Origin: Takakia lepidozioides
Lineage: Eukaryota; Plantae; Bryophyta
Assembly: GCA_030704615.1 (NCBI GenBank)
Contig: CM060731.1
Location: 15,996,001-16,060,000 of the forward strand
Reading direction: 5' to 3'
DNA length: 64,000 nt
Under the pieces are notes generated by a model, which worked only from the letters and a program-made list of their open reading frames with translations, searched no databases and was not told where the DNA came from. A program made the position numbers and the translations under genes. The first letter of the stretch is position 1. Every line of letters begins with the position of its first letter. Shown here piece by piece: positions 38,246 to 51,608 of the stretch.

Positions 38246-41200
38246 GGGTGTGCTATGTTCTTCTCCCACTTCCCTTGGGCCAATGACTCAGTGGGGACGT
38301 GATGAAAAATCACTGGAGAGGAAGAAAACATACATCGCACGTTTCCTGTTGAGTTGGTGAACTGTAGCTATCGATGTTAGAGTTCCAATATTCAAATCAA
38401 CTTGATCTCCGTAAAGTCGTTGACAGACCAAGTCCGTGACTTGTGCAAAGATTACTATTCAAGGCACAATATGAAAGTTGCGTACTACCTACCGCTCCTT
38501 AATGATGGGCAGTCGTGAGAAGGGCAGGGCATGGAAGGAAAGGCGTATTGATGGGAGGTAAAGCTGGAGATAGTGCATTGAAGCAGCCTCGCCTGCACTC
38601 TTCTTTCGCTTTGTCTGCCACCTTCCCAACACCTGTCTGTAGGCGAAGATCTAACTGCTGACGACGATCTTCGCATGACCTCTCCACTCGTTTCAAGCAT
38701 CTGCAAAGTCTATTATTTTAACATTGCAAATACCTAAAGAACTGTGGGCACGGAACATCATGGTAGACAACCATTCCGAGAATCTGCAGAATGGAAAGGG
38801 AGGTAGGTATCATCTGGTTCCGAAAGATCCTGGAAAGCTGTTAGAAAACAGTATACCTAGCCCGTGGGTAGATACCAATTAACACCGAGCGACTGCAATT
38901 CAATCATCGATGCATACCTACGTATGCAACTTCCTTGTGGAGAGAGGATATATGTTATTATACAAACCCAACCGACACGAAATATGTGGGGCCATCCATA
39001 CCGGGCCACACGCTGCCAGAACTTCCATGCTGGACCTTTTCCCGCTCAAGTTTCCCAATTCCCACATGGATTGGCTTGCCGCTTCTCTACACCTGGTCGC
39101 CTGATCCCTTCATAATTGCAAACATAGATGCCACGGAAAGGTCTATACTGGAAACCGCGAATATGGTAGATACTAGAACATGGTGAATGTCGTGGATCGA
39201 CGGCGGAGTCGCTGATTCACTTATGGGTGATATTAGAGTCTAGACTAAACACGAAATTTTGGGTGTGTAATGAATTGGCACGACCAGCCTGCCCAAGTCG
39301 TAGGGAAGACTCATCATCTCTTCATGCTCTACATAATTGTGACATCCACCCGCAAATGATCATGGATGCTCTGACACCTTCGAGTGCAAGTCTGCCACAC
39401 TGCACTGAGAGTGTGGGTAACCCTCTGCCCACTTCAAGCAACGGTGTCGCTTGTTTATGGTGGCCACCTGGAGCGAATGTCACGCTTGGAGAGGCTCGTA
39501 TCTCTCTAGTTTTTATGTAATCAGATTGAGTCAAGATCCTTGGTGATGAATCCCATCTTTCGGAGCACATGCAATCTGCAAACTGCAGCAGTCTAACGGA
39601 GGTGCTGCTGTAAATGCGCAGAGTGAGTAATTGGCGTGATGATGTTTACCACGCGGCTCTCTCATAGTCTGACTAGTTGTTCCCTTTTCAACTGGAGTCT
39701 GGTCCATATATACCTTCATCAACAAATGTTTGTATATCTAGCAAAGTTGTATGATTGCAACTGTGAGAAAAGTTGACTGACTTCAGGATTCCCACACACC
39801 CAAAAAGAAAAAGAAAAAAAGGGTACCTACATATATGTACCAATATATGTATTCTACATTCTACAAAGCCTTGACTATGTGTCCGAACTGGAGAAAAAAA
39901 AGTCGATTATGCGGAAACAGGCCTAAATTATTAGTCTTCGTTCCTAATGGTACCTTTTTCCGTAACATCATACTTCAATTACTACTTGACCCCCCTGACT
40001 AGGTCGGTGGTGTTTGAATAGTAGTAACCACTGAAAAGTTGGAGACTAGTTTTGTAGACAGCAGGGTTAGGGTCCCCTAGGTCCCCTAAGTACCCACGTC
40101 ATCGTCACGCCGCAACATCATTTCTTACAAAATTGCCCAAACTATTTATTTAAAAAACAGAAAGTTGTGTAACATGAACGTTTCTCCTCTTAGCATTTGC
40201 GTAAATCTATCATATACCTTGGATATGATTAGAATGCTCAACCAAGGAATTGTGTGATGTTTACAATGTCCTACCCTTTCATTTTAATCTTGAAACTTGA
40301 ATGTTGTCACAACGTGGAGTGCAACATATGGTAGATGGTTTAGTGGTTAGGGCAGAAGACTACCTTCCATGTGGTGGTCACCCATTATAGCCAACGCGGC
40401 TATTAAAACTAATAGCCATATCAATTGGACACCTAATGTATGGATATTGGGAATTTCTGTCGATTTCACCTTCCTTGGTTATGGCTGTTAAAAGGTGTCC
40501 ATCTTCCAAACCAAATGTAAGTGCTTACGTATATTGCTGCAATAGCTAGACTTGTGCTCATATGATACGGACCCGTCTGTTCGGCATGTCCATAGAAATA
40601 AGCCGACAACACCTTTGCCGGTGCGGCCCCACCTTATTAGTTCGAAAAGGTTTTTAAGGTAGTGTAGCCAACATAAGGTATCTCAATGTAACGTCCTCGT
40701 TGGTGTGATTCGCCTATCCGGCAACAGACTTTTTCAAACAACCACGTGTTGTTTGCTCTTTGGGATGTCCGATTGTTCATCAAACCCACTTGATAGGCTA
40801 TGTGGGAGGTTACATGGTGTTGGCAAAGCCGCAATTTGCGTCTTGTTGTTGTAGTAGAGCTTGCTCCCCATGACCATTACCCACACATAAAAAATCCCCT
40901 GTCGGCCGCAAGCTTGGACATGGGAAGGTTAGGTGAATTCGGAGACCGGGCGTAATCATGAAATGCTATGATTGGAAAAAGGACATGCCTTTGGTTGCTA
41001 TATGCTTTCCAAAAAGTGACAGCCCTAATAGTGTTCTTTTTCTTTTTCTTTTTGAACAGGGACGGTGGCCTGGGAATTTTATTTGGAATTATTTTGGGGA
41101 AAAAAAAATAGTTTTTATTGAATGGTTGAAAGAACTTCAATCACTGCCTTCTTTTTTCAACCCCTGATTAGGGTATTGAACCCCTTGTGGAAAAAAATGA

Positions 41201-44200
41201 TAGAAAATCTCAATGGGGTCTTTTCAAAGTTGTCTATGATGTCCACACATTTGCCACCCTCTCATTCCTCTCCTGAGGAATTATATACTCACACGTGACT
41301 CCTCATTCCTTCCATCCACTTTCATGGATCTCCTAGAACCATCCATTTGGCTGACATATATAGCCACACTTTTTGTAAGGGTTCATATAGAACTAAAACA
41401 TGGGTTTTCCGCGAATAAAGTATGTGGACAAAAACCCATAGTACAGTTACATGAGGCATTCTTGCGAGGCCGCGCATTCCCATGTACCCCACCTTGCAGG
41501 AAGAAGAACATAGGAGCAATCAGCCAGGGCAGCATCCTAAGTAGGTGATTCAATACAACCATCACAGGAATCAGGAATTCAATAATTTCTCATTTGGTAG
41601 CTGAAGAGCAAATGCTAGTAGTATTAATCAGCAGCTTTTGGCACATAGTAATCACCTAAACAACACTGCTGGTGATTGCTAATCACACAAATTATCATGA
41701 GAAGATCGTTTTGTCACCTTCTACATCTCAAGTCTGTGGTTGGGTTGTAATCAGAGGACTCAGCATGACAGCTGAAAGATCGGAAGAGGGGTATCTGATC
41801 AAACACAATTTGCTCTTGGAAAAGTTATACTATGCAGGTAGCAGGAGCATTTGATCAGGTGGGTGGTAGGATTGCAAGTTGCGAGCTCCATGATTTTGTC
41901 ACCCCAACATTCCTCTCTTCATTGATCAGGTAGGTAAGCTGGTCTCAGATGCTAGTTTTTGACCAACACCTGCGCTTGCTTTACAGCCATGTAATGACAA
42001 GCATCGGTGACAGCTTGCGCAGTTGCTAATAATGCGCACACTCGCTGTGCTCGATTTGTGTGAGAGGCCGTCCAGGTGTGTCAGCTCAGGCTCTTGACTT
42101 GTCGGTCCGTGACCCGGCTCTACAATCCAACTAACCTAGTGGGCCAACAGTGTGATGTAGGCGTTGATGATGGAGGTTTCGAAAGTTTAGAAGAGATTCC
42201 GTAGTCTGCAGGGGAAGAGGAGGGCAGTGATGTTTGGAGGACGACAGAGTGCGCACTGCAAGTGCAGTGGGAGACTGGGAGTACGTCGAAAAGTGGACAG
42301 TGGGGATAGAAAGAGGAGCATGCAACGTAAAGCTCACGCCACCTCACAGTAAAGCAGCCAGTCCGCAATAATGCCAGGACCGCTGAGCGCCTTGCCCGCC
42401 GGTAAACCATGCTACTTTGAGGATAGGGAGGGCAGGACTCCCCTCGAGAGCTGGGGCCGGGCTACTTGTCACCAACTGTAATGCTGTCCCCCTTCTCCTT
42501 TACGCCCAAGTCGCCCCCCCAGTCCCCCACCATACGCCGCACTCCATGGTTTTTCCGCTCAGAAACTGCCTGCAGATGCCTAGGCATAACTTCTACCGGG
42601 CACTTCAGAAGCTTCCATGGTTGGCCTAAGCTAGGGTAGCCTCTAGATACATGTGTGGTGTCGTCCCTTTCGTGTGGGTTTAAGGCTCTCTAGATTTTGA
42701 GGGTCCACACCACACAGCCTTGCACTCGCACCCCAACGCAAATCCCATCACTGGGCCCCCACCGACAGCAGGGGAAGTAACTATCACGTGATCATGACTG
42801 GATGAGAAGAATGATTTCTATATCACGAAGTATGAAAGTTCAAGATATGATGCAATTTTGTTCTCTATGAGACCAGGAATTACCTGGTAAGAAATGGAGT
42901 CGGATGCCTCGCACACTTGATTATTGAAGGGTAGGGTACAGGGGTAGCTGCGGCAGACGACCAAGAGTTGTGACTCGTGAGAGGAAAGTAGTCCACGAAT
43001 TCGGTCATTTCAGCACAGCAATTTCGAGCACCGACTCACTCATATGATTGCAGGGGGGAAGAGTGTACACTATTATCATGCATTACATATACGCAAGTAC
43101 CTGTGTATGCACATCTTGATCATTCGCACAAAATCCCAGTAGGTGCCGACAAATCTCTGTGTGCCCCACTCTCTCTGCTCCCCCCACAATGTGGTATCAT
43201 GCATCGCCCTTTCAATGTCAGATTTTTCCCACTCATTACGGACCTGGATGTCTGAATGTGTACATAGCGCGTAAGAGACACTATCGATATTTTAAAAATC
43301 TCGGCACCACCTCCCTTGTACTGGCAGTTCCACTGTTACAATCCTGTAGGGATCCTGCCAATGGACACACCTGTGTTCACACTCCGTAAAACCCATGACC
43401 ACCTGGTCAAGCTTATCGATACCAGAAGAAAGCTTCAACCCAGGTTCCGCCAAAACCACAGGAGACTGGAAGCTTTGAACTTCGAGAGCTCCCTTGCAAT
43501 GGCTGGAGATGGAGTTGTCCAAAAGACAATCGCGCCTCTCTAACATCTGTGTGTATTGGCCACACGAGAACAACTTGGTGGGGAAAAGAAAATGAAGGCA
43601 GTCATAAAGGCGCGTCTGTGAATATGCTGTATTAAGTTAACAGATCCGTATGAACACGAAGATGCCGGCACCTTGTCACCTTTAGAAAACAAATCGAACC
43701 CAGATCCTTGGAAAAGTGGTAGATGGTGGAGATGACCACATTTGGTTCATCCACTAGGCATGGTTGCTGGATTTTGACAGTCCCAAACTTGACCATGGGT
43801 CTCCCTGGCCATACCCTAGCAATGAAAACATCAATCACAACATTTTCTTCCAAGTTTCACAAGTGCATTTCATTGACATTTTCAAAATGCAGCTCTCACT
43901 ACCTGATCAGAATTTGCCCATCTGGACCTTTCCCTCTCTCAACCATTTCCTGTGTTCCATGTATTGATTGCATGTATGGCTAACACAGCCCTTGAGAACA
44001 TTCTCTCAACAGACTTTTTTACTTCAGTTTTCAGTGATTTGTTCTAAAGGCCTCATTACAACTCGACAACACCTGAACTTCTGGGGAGGCCCAAAACAAC
44101 AATTTTGAATCCAAAAGTGTTATCAATATTCCACATACAGTTTTAAGGACAGCCTCAAATCTAAAGTGAGGGTAACTTAACATTTCGATGATCACTCCTC

Positions 44201-44425
44201 TCGGCATGCTCACACAACTCGCATGTTCACAATTAGGCTATGGCGGGGCTGCAGGGCTTTCTCCCCTTGGAAGTCCTCTTTCATCTCTCTACTTTGAGTC
44301 TTACACCTCGCCTCAAACAAACATCATCAATACCCAGCAAGAATCCATGTTGGGTTGTTATAACATGCAAAGCTCCAGCAAAGCAAAGAACAGGTTTGAC
44401 AACCAGGACCCCAGGCAGGGCAGCA

Positions 44426-47400
44426 CTACTCAGACATGGAGGATTCCACTGGCAATTCAACGAGAGTCTCAACAGGAGCAGTGGACACCTCCAAGGGTTG
44501 GGAATCAATAGCTACTTGCGGCTGAGAGAGGGAAGTAGCACTCGCAAGTGGAGGGGCCTCAGGCACTGCAGCTTGCAGAGCAGCAGGAGGGTTGAACTTG
44601 GCAATGTAGTAACTCAACGGAGGTCCCGAATATGCAGACGCTGGTGAAGTTTCTGGCACTTTCTTCCCAACTGAAAGAAGGATGGAGGATGCACTCGCAA
44701 TTGCAATCAAACCCAACCCAAAGGCAACAGCCAGTGATTCGTCACTTCCCTTGCCAGACCCTCCAGCACTTCCTGTACTGATAGCACTCTCTGCCACGTA
44801 TACAGTTGGCTGTCTCCATCATACCAAACACATTCTATCTATGAGCACCAGTCCTGCAATCGAGATTGACTCTCTATCTGGGCCCATGGACATAACAATT
44901 TTTTTGAACTCCCTCTTTCACCTCTCTCTTCCCTCCTACACTTTCCCTCCTACACTTTCCCTCTCTGCTCCATCCAACCAGGCTCAGGGTCCACAAATGT
45001 CTACTGTCTTTCAATGTCCTGATTAAGACAGCTTTGAAGAGCTTTAAAATGCCTCTGTTGGAGATTGGTTCTCAAGCCAAGATTAATCAACTTGCACAAG
45101 AAGGATAATATAACATTTCAATATCTACATAACCAGTACAAAAAGGAAAAAGATGCATCCATTAGCACCCTCAGGTATTCACCATAGTTACCCAAAATAA
45201 CCTTGCATAAAGATACCGTGCCCCCTGTTTGTCACATATTTATACTAATATTTGAACATTTCTGGTGAACAAGAACTTATTTGTTATACAGTACCAATTC
45301 AGTAATGCAGTAAAATTATGAGTCTGTGCACTGGTTAAGCCAAACTCTCTTCATGCAATCGAATATTTTATGCACTGTAAGGTAGTAGCACAAGGTGCGG
45401 AGCAGGCACACACTCATACATCACAGAACCAACAGACCCATCTCAAACGAAAGTTAAACTAACCTCCACAGCATAGACGTTTGTCTGTCCAGCAGTGTCC
45501 TTCTCCACATACCCTGTCCATTTTCGCTCAGTCCGTGCTAGTGGAGGGTATGTGCCTGCAACCTTGGTCTTCTCTTCTGCCAACCAGTCCATACTCAACT
45601 TCCCCACCTGCGTATACACCTCCAGGGAATCCAATGCTATAACTCTCACGAAATGCAATAACAGAGGAGCTAAATCATATGTGACATAATCTCAACGTAC
45701 ACAGGGAGCTCTATTGAACTCTTCAAGAAATGAGGATCGGGTTGTGTGCTGTGATGAAGAGTCAAAGAGTTCAAAAATAACACATAGTTATCAGTAAATG
45801 AAGACCTTCCTTGCACATAGGTTCACAGGAACCTTGCAGAAATGACTTACACAAGCAAGAATAACATCAATGGAAGTGCGGAGTAAACTACAGACTTTCC
45901 CTTGAAAGATAACTAAATAGATAGAACAAGCACACACGGGACGGTGAGTTCTCTCAGTTTGGTCATTTAATATCATATTCATATTTGCAACCAGGGTAGG
46001 CCTTCTGTGAGAGAGAGAAGAAGAGTGGCAGGGAGACGATACCTCCTTGACAGGGGCGCAATCCTCCTCATTGCATTCCTCGGGAGCCTTCACAGCGTTT
46101 ATCCTGGGCAATCGTCCACTGTGGGACCTTCTGCAAGAGGGAGGAGTCTGGAGATGCATACCCTTTGAAGATGCATACTTGGCCAGGCTCTTGTCAGTTG
46201 AGGCCTTTGGGCGGAACTCCTCCTGTCATCACCCAGGTCATTTGCCCTAGGAATGCATGAGTAAGAACCCAACATGCTGCATACAAGGCAACACTGCATC
46301 ATCCACAACCATTGTCTCATTACATGTAGGGCCCTTCTTTGTCAAAGAAGTTTGGACTGAAGATCCACCTACAGAAGAGGCCCTCAACACCCACATGTGC
46401 AAAGACCATTTACATGTCTGAGAACCACTATCTGAGCACCGTTCATCTTATGTGACCTAGCATCAAGAGCCAGATTTGACAAAGGCTCAGCAGCCTTACT
46501 CCACTTTGGCTCTGGAAGTGGCTTTTCCAGTCAATTGCCACTCCCACACAATGTGAGATTTCCAGGCACACACAGACAATATGGAGGAAGGTTAGGCAGG
46601 CTTATTTCTTCTGAGGATGATAAAGGCACAGACCACCAATTATCTGGACAGAGTGTAACAGTTCCATTAAATTTTGAAATTTTACTCCTGGCGTGCCCAT
46701 CTTCCTTCAGGCTCTGATGGTTACCGCCCTGTTGGCTGCCAGCAAGACTGTTCAGTAAGACTAGCCAATGAAGGTTCTATGGCTTGCTGGTTCAACAAAT
46801 TAGGGCTTCATCTTCTTCACAGATTTTCTACTGTTCAAAACTGATGTCAAGGTTGGATCGCCCCAGCTCCATGGGGGCCATCACTGGTTGTGGAAGGTTT
46901 AAGTGGTTCCATATTGAGATTGCCACGCAAATGAATGCTTAAAGATTTCGGGCAGAGACCACTGTTGTCCATGGGACAGCGCTAGCTAAGTAACCTGAGT
47001 GGTTATTCACTGTCCATTAATTTAAAGGCCCCTTTCAGCAAATTCTGGACAAGTGGTGACAGCAATTGAGTCATTAGTTCCTGAAGTCAGGCCCCTCCTT
47101 GCAATGGATTGGTATCAACATTTCGCTCATGTTGAGAATCTAAGGTTTTTATCACCCGTGACAATTTACACCTTTCAATTGGTTCCACTGTCTGCTGGAG
47201 AGAGAGAGTACAAAAGGAAAAGAGCAACAAGTTGAAGTCTCACCAAACAATTTGGTAATAAGCAATGTACAGGATGAACTTTATGTCAAAACTGATGGAC
47301 CGGGAAGGACGCAGCTTGACCTGTCGGACAGCTGAGTGGAGTCTCCGTGTAAAATACTTCAAGAAATTTGGGTGATTCTACAATACATGGTACTTGCAGA

Positions 47401-47749
47401 CTTCACAATTCCGAAGAACATAGAGTAGAATGCATTCATCTGCTTCAGCACAGATGAATTCCTCATACCTTCTGCATTGAAGCTATGCAACAAAGGCACT
47501 TAACCATATCAAAGAAGTCAAGTAGACTTGAAGCAGGGGAGGCACTATAATTAATATCTGCCATCACATGCCTTCAAGCTTTAACAGTCATCAAATTTGG
47601 ACACTTACGAGGTTGGAGGCCGATGCCACGGCTTGTACGGGGCCAACTGCCTGGGCCACGCACGCCTGGTTAGTTGCTGCAGGTGCAGTGGCAGTCAAGC
47701 GACTTCCGAGAGCCGATATGGTGCTCGCTGAAGCCATCATCTTCGCCAT
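44426..47749 (-). CDS. MPH1: MAINTENANCE OF PSII UNDER HIGH LIGHT 1, thylakoid proline-rich protein. Exons 47749-47609, 46222-46043, 45607-45464, 44809-44426.
   Basis: Ala/Ser-rich transit peptide; CNEEDCAP.KEVGKLSMDWLA.EKTKV.GT.PP, WTGYVEKDTAGQTN.Y.VEP.VYVAESAIS, a TM helix and YSGPPLSYYI.KF. All introns are phase 0 GT-AG. Confidence 0.92.
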
Positions 47750-49110
47750 CTCTCTCACTGAATCAGAGAAACCCACAAGCCCGATCAGAGATGGGTTGGG
47801 AGAGAGAGATTGTGTGGACCACAGGCCGCAGCCCATCTCCTCTCCCTCTCTCACACACAATCCACCAATGCCACAATCAGGATCTAGAATACGTGGATGA
47901 TTAAATATCACAGATCAGGCCCCCATCCATCCAACCAAGCTGCTAAGGGCCCTGCCCCACCTGCAGTTAGGCACCCAATAGTTAGTGTCATTTAAGCTAA
48001 CTATTGGGTTTAGGTGCCCCACTTAGGCCCCAGCCGCACCACACATGCTAACGTCTGTCAGGCTAGTGCCTAACTACTACTAACTACAAAAGTACGGCCG
48101 CACGGGCCTGCTTTAAATGTCTTAGCTCTAACTACTGCTATCTACTATTAACTAATCCTTTGTAGTTTATGGCGACTTTTAGTACCTCCCCCCCTAGTGC
48201 TAAATCTAAGCCGGAGCGCCGTTTTCGGGCAGCTGCCCACGCCATTTCGCAGTTTCTAGGAAAAACGGCTAGCAAACAGGGCTGAGGGAAATGGGGGAGG
48301 GGCAGCGAACAATAGTTTATAACTAAACCTGCGCGTAACAAATGTTATACTAACTTTTCAGTGCGGCAACGATAAAGTTAATTGGAGCAGCATTTAGGAA
48401 AGCGGGCCTGCTAAGACATAAGCAGGCGTGCTACGCTAGCCGCGCCATGCAGCCGGGGCCTTACAGTTATACTAACCGGCACTCCTAATAGTTAGTGCAC
48501 CTCACTAACTGAGATAGAGTAGTTTGGTGTAAAAGTTAACGGGTCTGAAATAGGTTCTTTAAGCTAACAGGTGCACACGTCCTTGCCACGGACGCTTGCC
48601 ATCTCTTTCATCGTGAGAGAGAGTGTTTCAAGGATCGTAGAGTATCGCGAGAGTGTACTGTCGCGAAGGAGCGTGAAGTGGACTGTCGCGGGGGAGCGTG
48701 GAGTGGAGGCTCTGCCTAGATCGAGCTTCATCTACATGCAAGAAGGAGCACAATGTGCAGTGAAGAGAGTGCACCCTAATCAAAGACCGTACACATTTCT
48801 CCTCAAATCTGCGTGCGAACCGGTGAATGCTCAAGGCAATGCAGAGAAGGCGGAGATAGAAAGTTGCAACATAGCATAGGGTTCCAAGGTATATAGAGCA
48901 CATCCTATTTTTTCTGCCTTTGCATACTCTTAGGGCACCTACTTTGCAGCCAAAAGCCTGCATCCCCCCAAAAATGCTGAATATGCCATACATAGATTAG
49001 TTTTGGTTGAAATAAAGCTCTGAGCATTCAAGGTCTCATCATAAGGACAAGGTCTCATATGTCACTTGGTAGGGACTGTTTTTAGACGGGTTCAGACCAC
49101 CAAAACAATC

Positions 49111-50070
49111 ATGACAGAGGAGGACAATTCAGCAGCTCATATGACCAGAGGTATGCTGGATTTCATGATGGAGGGAATGGATGATGAACAACCTGCCATG
49201 GAACATGAACCTATACTAGAAGATGAACTACCCATCGCACCTAGTAGGGTTCAAAAACCCCGGTCAGCTCCAAAGGGGAAGCGGGCTGGAAATCAGGTTG
49301 GAAACAAAGAGAAACAAAACAAGGAGAAACGTGCACGAGCACGTAATTTGGACTTGTTTGAGACACTCTGTTTGATTGCAACAAAGAAAATAGAGTGGGA
49401 GAAATATGAGCAAGCTTCCACTAGAGAGAGAGCCACATTGTCAGCAAATCAGAGATGGGAAATCATTGGAGATTACATGGTTGATCATAACTATGAAAGA
49501 GAAGGAAAGGGATGTAGAACCAAATGGGAGAATATTTTGGCTGACTTCAAGGCGGTGAAGGATTGGGATAAAGTCACTGGAAACGAAACATATTCGACCA
49601 TGTCTTCTAGTGAGAGACATGCAGCAGGGTTGCCAAGGAATTTTGACCAAGAGATCTATGATGTATTGGACAATGTGTTTGAATCTCGTCCTCTATTTAA
49701 TCCCCCGGGTTTGGTTGATAGTTCTAGGCCGACTCCTGCATCATCTACAAGTGGTTCTCCAGAAGATGGTGAACCTCCACTTGTAAGTGCACAAATGCCA
49801 GGTGCTACTCCACCTCCAATAGCGTCCCTAGTTGGGGATAGGGAGCCTGAATCTTCAGGGAAAAATAAAAAATCCAGCCAAGGGTCAGCAGTAGAATGTG
49901 CAATTAGGAAGACTCGGGATAGTTATGTTTCAGTATTCAAAGAACAAACAGAGCATATCAAGGAGAGGGAGGCATCCATGATGGTGCTTGAAGAAACAAA
50001 GTTGGCACTTGAAGAGGGGAAAGCAGCAATGGAGGAGAAGAAGATTATTGAAGAACAAGTTGATCGCTGA
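49111..50070 (+). CDS. Harbinger-associated Myb/SANT (trihelix-like) DNA-binding protein, probably prematurely stopped
   Basis: ETLCLIATKK...RWEIIGDYM...REGKGCRTKWENILADFKAVKDW...LPRNFDQEIYDVLD and a coiled-coil tail. The frame continues past TGA/TAG as ALIGVLGSLVGVF*KIASRM. Confidence 0.8.
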   Translation: MTEEDNSAAHMTRGMLDFMMEGMDDEQPAMEHEPILEDELPIAPSRVQKPRSAPKGKRAGNQVGNKEKQNKEKRARARNLDLFETLCLIATKKIEWEKYEQASTRERATLSANQRWEIIGDYMVDHNYEREGKGCRTKWENILADFKAVKDWDKVTGNETYSTMSSSERHAAGLPRNFDQEIYDVLDNVFESRPLFNPPGLVDSSRPTPASSTSGSPEDGEPPLVSAQMPGATPPPIASLVGDREPESSGKNKKSSQGSAVECAIRKTRDSYVSVFKEQTEHIKEREASMMVLEETKLALEEGKAAMEEKKIIEEQVDR

Positions 50071-50135
50071 GCTTTAATTGGAGTGCTTGGTAGTTTGGTA
50101 GGTGTTTTTTAGAAGATTGCGAGTAGAATGACTGA

Positions 50136-50206
50136 CGCTGCCCCCACCACAGGGGCAGCCCCTCATGTGTCCCGACCCCCTGCCCTCAAGGCAAAGGGCC
50201 GCGACA
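50136..50206. mobile_element. End of the solo LTR displaced by the inversion
   Basis: Reverse complement matches 21744-21810; ends GCGACA followed by CATTA. Confidence 0.85.
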
Positions 50207-51608
50207 CATTATGTCCTTCACACATCAAACCCCCTGTTGATGCCAATAAAACAGCTGGTTTGCATACACTTGTGCGCGTGAAACCAAACATGCTAGTAGA
50301 ATTGTGTGGATGAAACTATAAATTATAATATCCAAGATGGTTTAGTAAATGGAGCAGAAGGAATTTTTCAAACACGGCACAACTTCAGCACCACACTCGC
50401 TAGTTTGGATATATTTTTCTAATGAACGAATAGGACATGAAACATGAGCTTCTTACTCGTACATATACCAAAACAACAGCGACATATGTAAATCTTGGAC
50501 TCCAATTGCAGCCAAAACCAAAGAAATTCAATTCACGGATAATTCTGACTACGTAATAACTCGTACCCAGTTCCCAATTCACCTTGCAACAACACGAATT
50601 ATACACAGAGCGCAAGGACTGACCATGGACCGTCTTGCATTTGACCCAACAAACGTGAAAAAACACGGATTGACATACATAGCTGTATCGCGCATAAAAG
50701 AACGACAACACTTATATCTCCTAGCTCCATTACATGACAAAAATTTCCATGTGGATGACATCATAGGTGACGAAATAATTAGACTTAAACAAACTGCCAA
50801 ATGGAATCTGTCTACACCAAATTTGCAACTACTGTATCGCACGCATGTGATCATTCAATCGTTAAATTTTCGTTCAATGCACAGTCATCATTGTGATATT
50901 ATGAGCGCCTACAGCCTACGAACATCTCATATATTATGTTTAAATGAAATGCGTTACATTCCAAAACAACAAAACTGGTCACTATATGTACCTAACGATA
51001 GCTTTTCAAGACTCTCGTGTTATGATGGACACGGAACAACCATTCTATATGAAAAACCAACCTCACTTCAAAATTCCGAAATCCAAACACACAACGATGC
51101 ATAATCATTGCTTGCGTCTTTCAATCCAAATTCTCTAGAGCCATTCATGTCATTGCAATATACAAACCTCCTTTGCTTTCTTTTCACAACATTTTACAAA
51201 ATTTACAAAACTTATATGATCGAGCCCCGAAAAATTGTCTCACTATTTTTATTGGAGACTTTAATATCAATCTTCACAAATCCAACAGAGAATCTGACTC
51301 TCTTCACTCATTCATGAAAAACTACAACTTTCATCTTACATTCAATAACCTTACGACAGACTATAATTCTCAATTAGATAATTATGGATAATTCACCTAC
51401 GCAACAGTGTTTGTATGGAACAAAAGAAGCATATTAGAACGACCCAAAACCCATTTCCTTAGCATTCAAACTTCCAGATTAGTCAATCATTTTACAACCG
51501 ATTGTAAATCAAATAAGGCAGGGCTCGCATGAATTCCATGCGTTTGTTCTTTTCTTTTTCTGCCTTTCAAAGGCGCAAAAAGCAACCCTGGTGGAGACTG
51601 GAGACTAG
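50207..51608 (+). mobile_element. Helitron 3' part (PIF1 helicase C-terminus, APE-like endonuclease, candidate CTAG 3' end), inverted
   Basis: TAGL..LV.VK..MLVEL, RTQFPI.LA...HRAQGLT and GLTYIAVSR; endonuclease motifs SLNFRS, LCLNE, IFIGDFN and TT..NSQLD; gccttt-c-aaaggc hairpin and ggagaCTAG|T end. Confidence 0.8.

Noticed and set aside
40063-40072. agggttaggg telomere-like motif
   Set aside because: Under two units; expected by chance.
41322-41519. KWMVLGDP resembling the LINE endonuclease WxxxGDFN motif
   Set aside because: Single weak motif; cannot be supported without an HMM search.
46351-46362. ttggactgaag, a partial miR319-like match
   Set aside because: Only about 11 nt match, with no hairpin partner.
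44426-47749. Initial impression of PsbR
   Set aside because: The CNEEDCAP and YVEKDTAGQTN motifs and the protein length fit MPH1.
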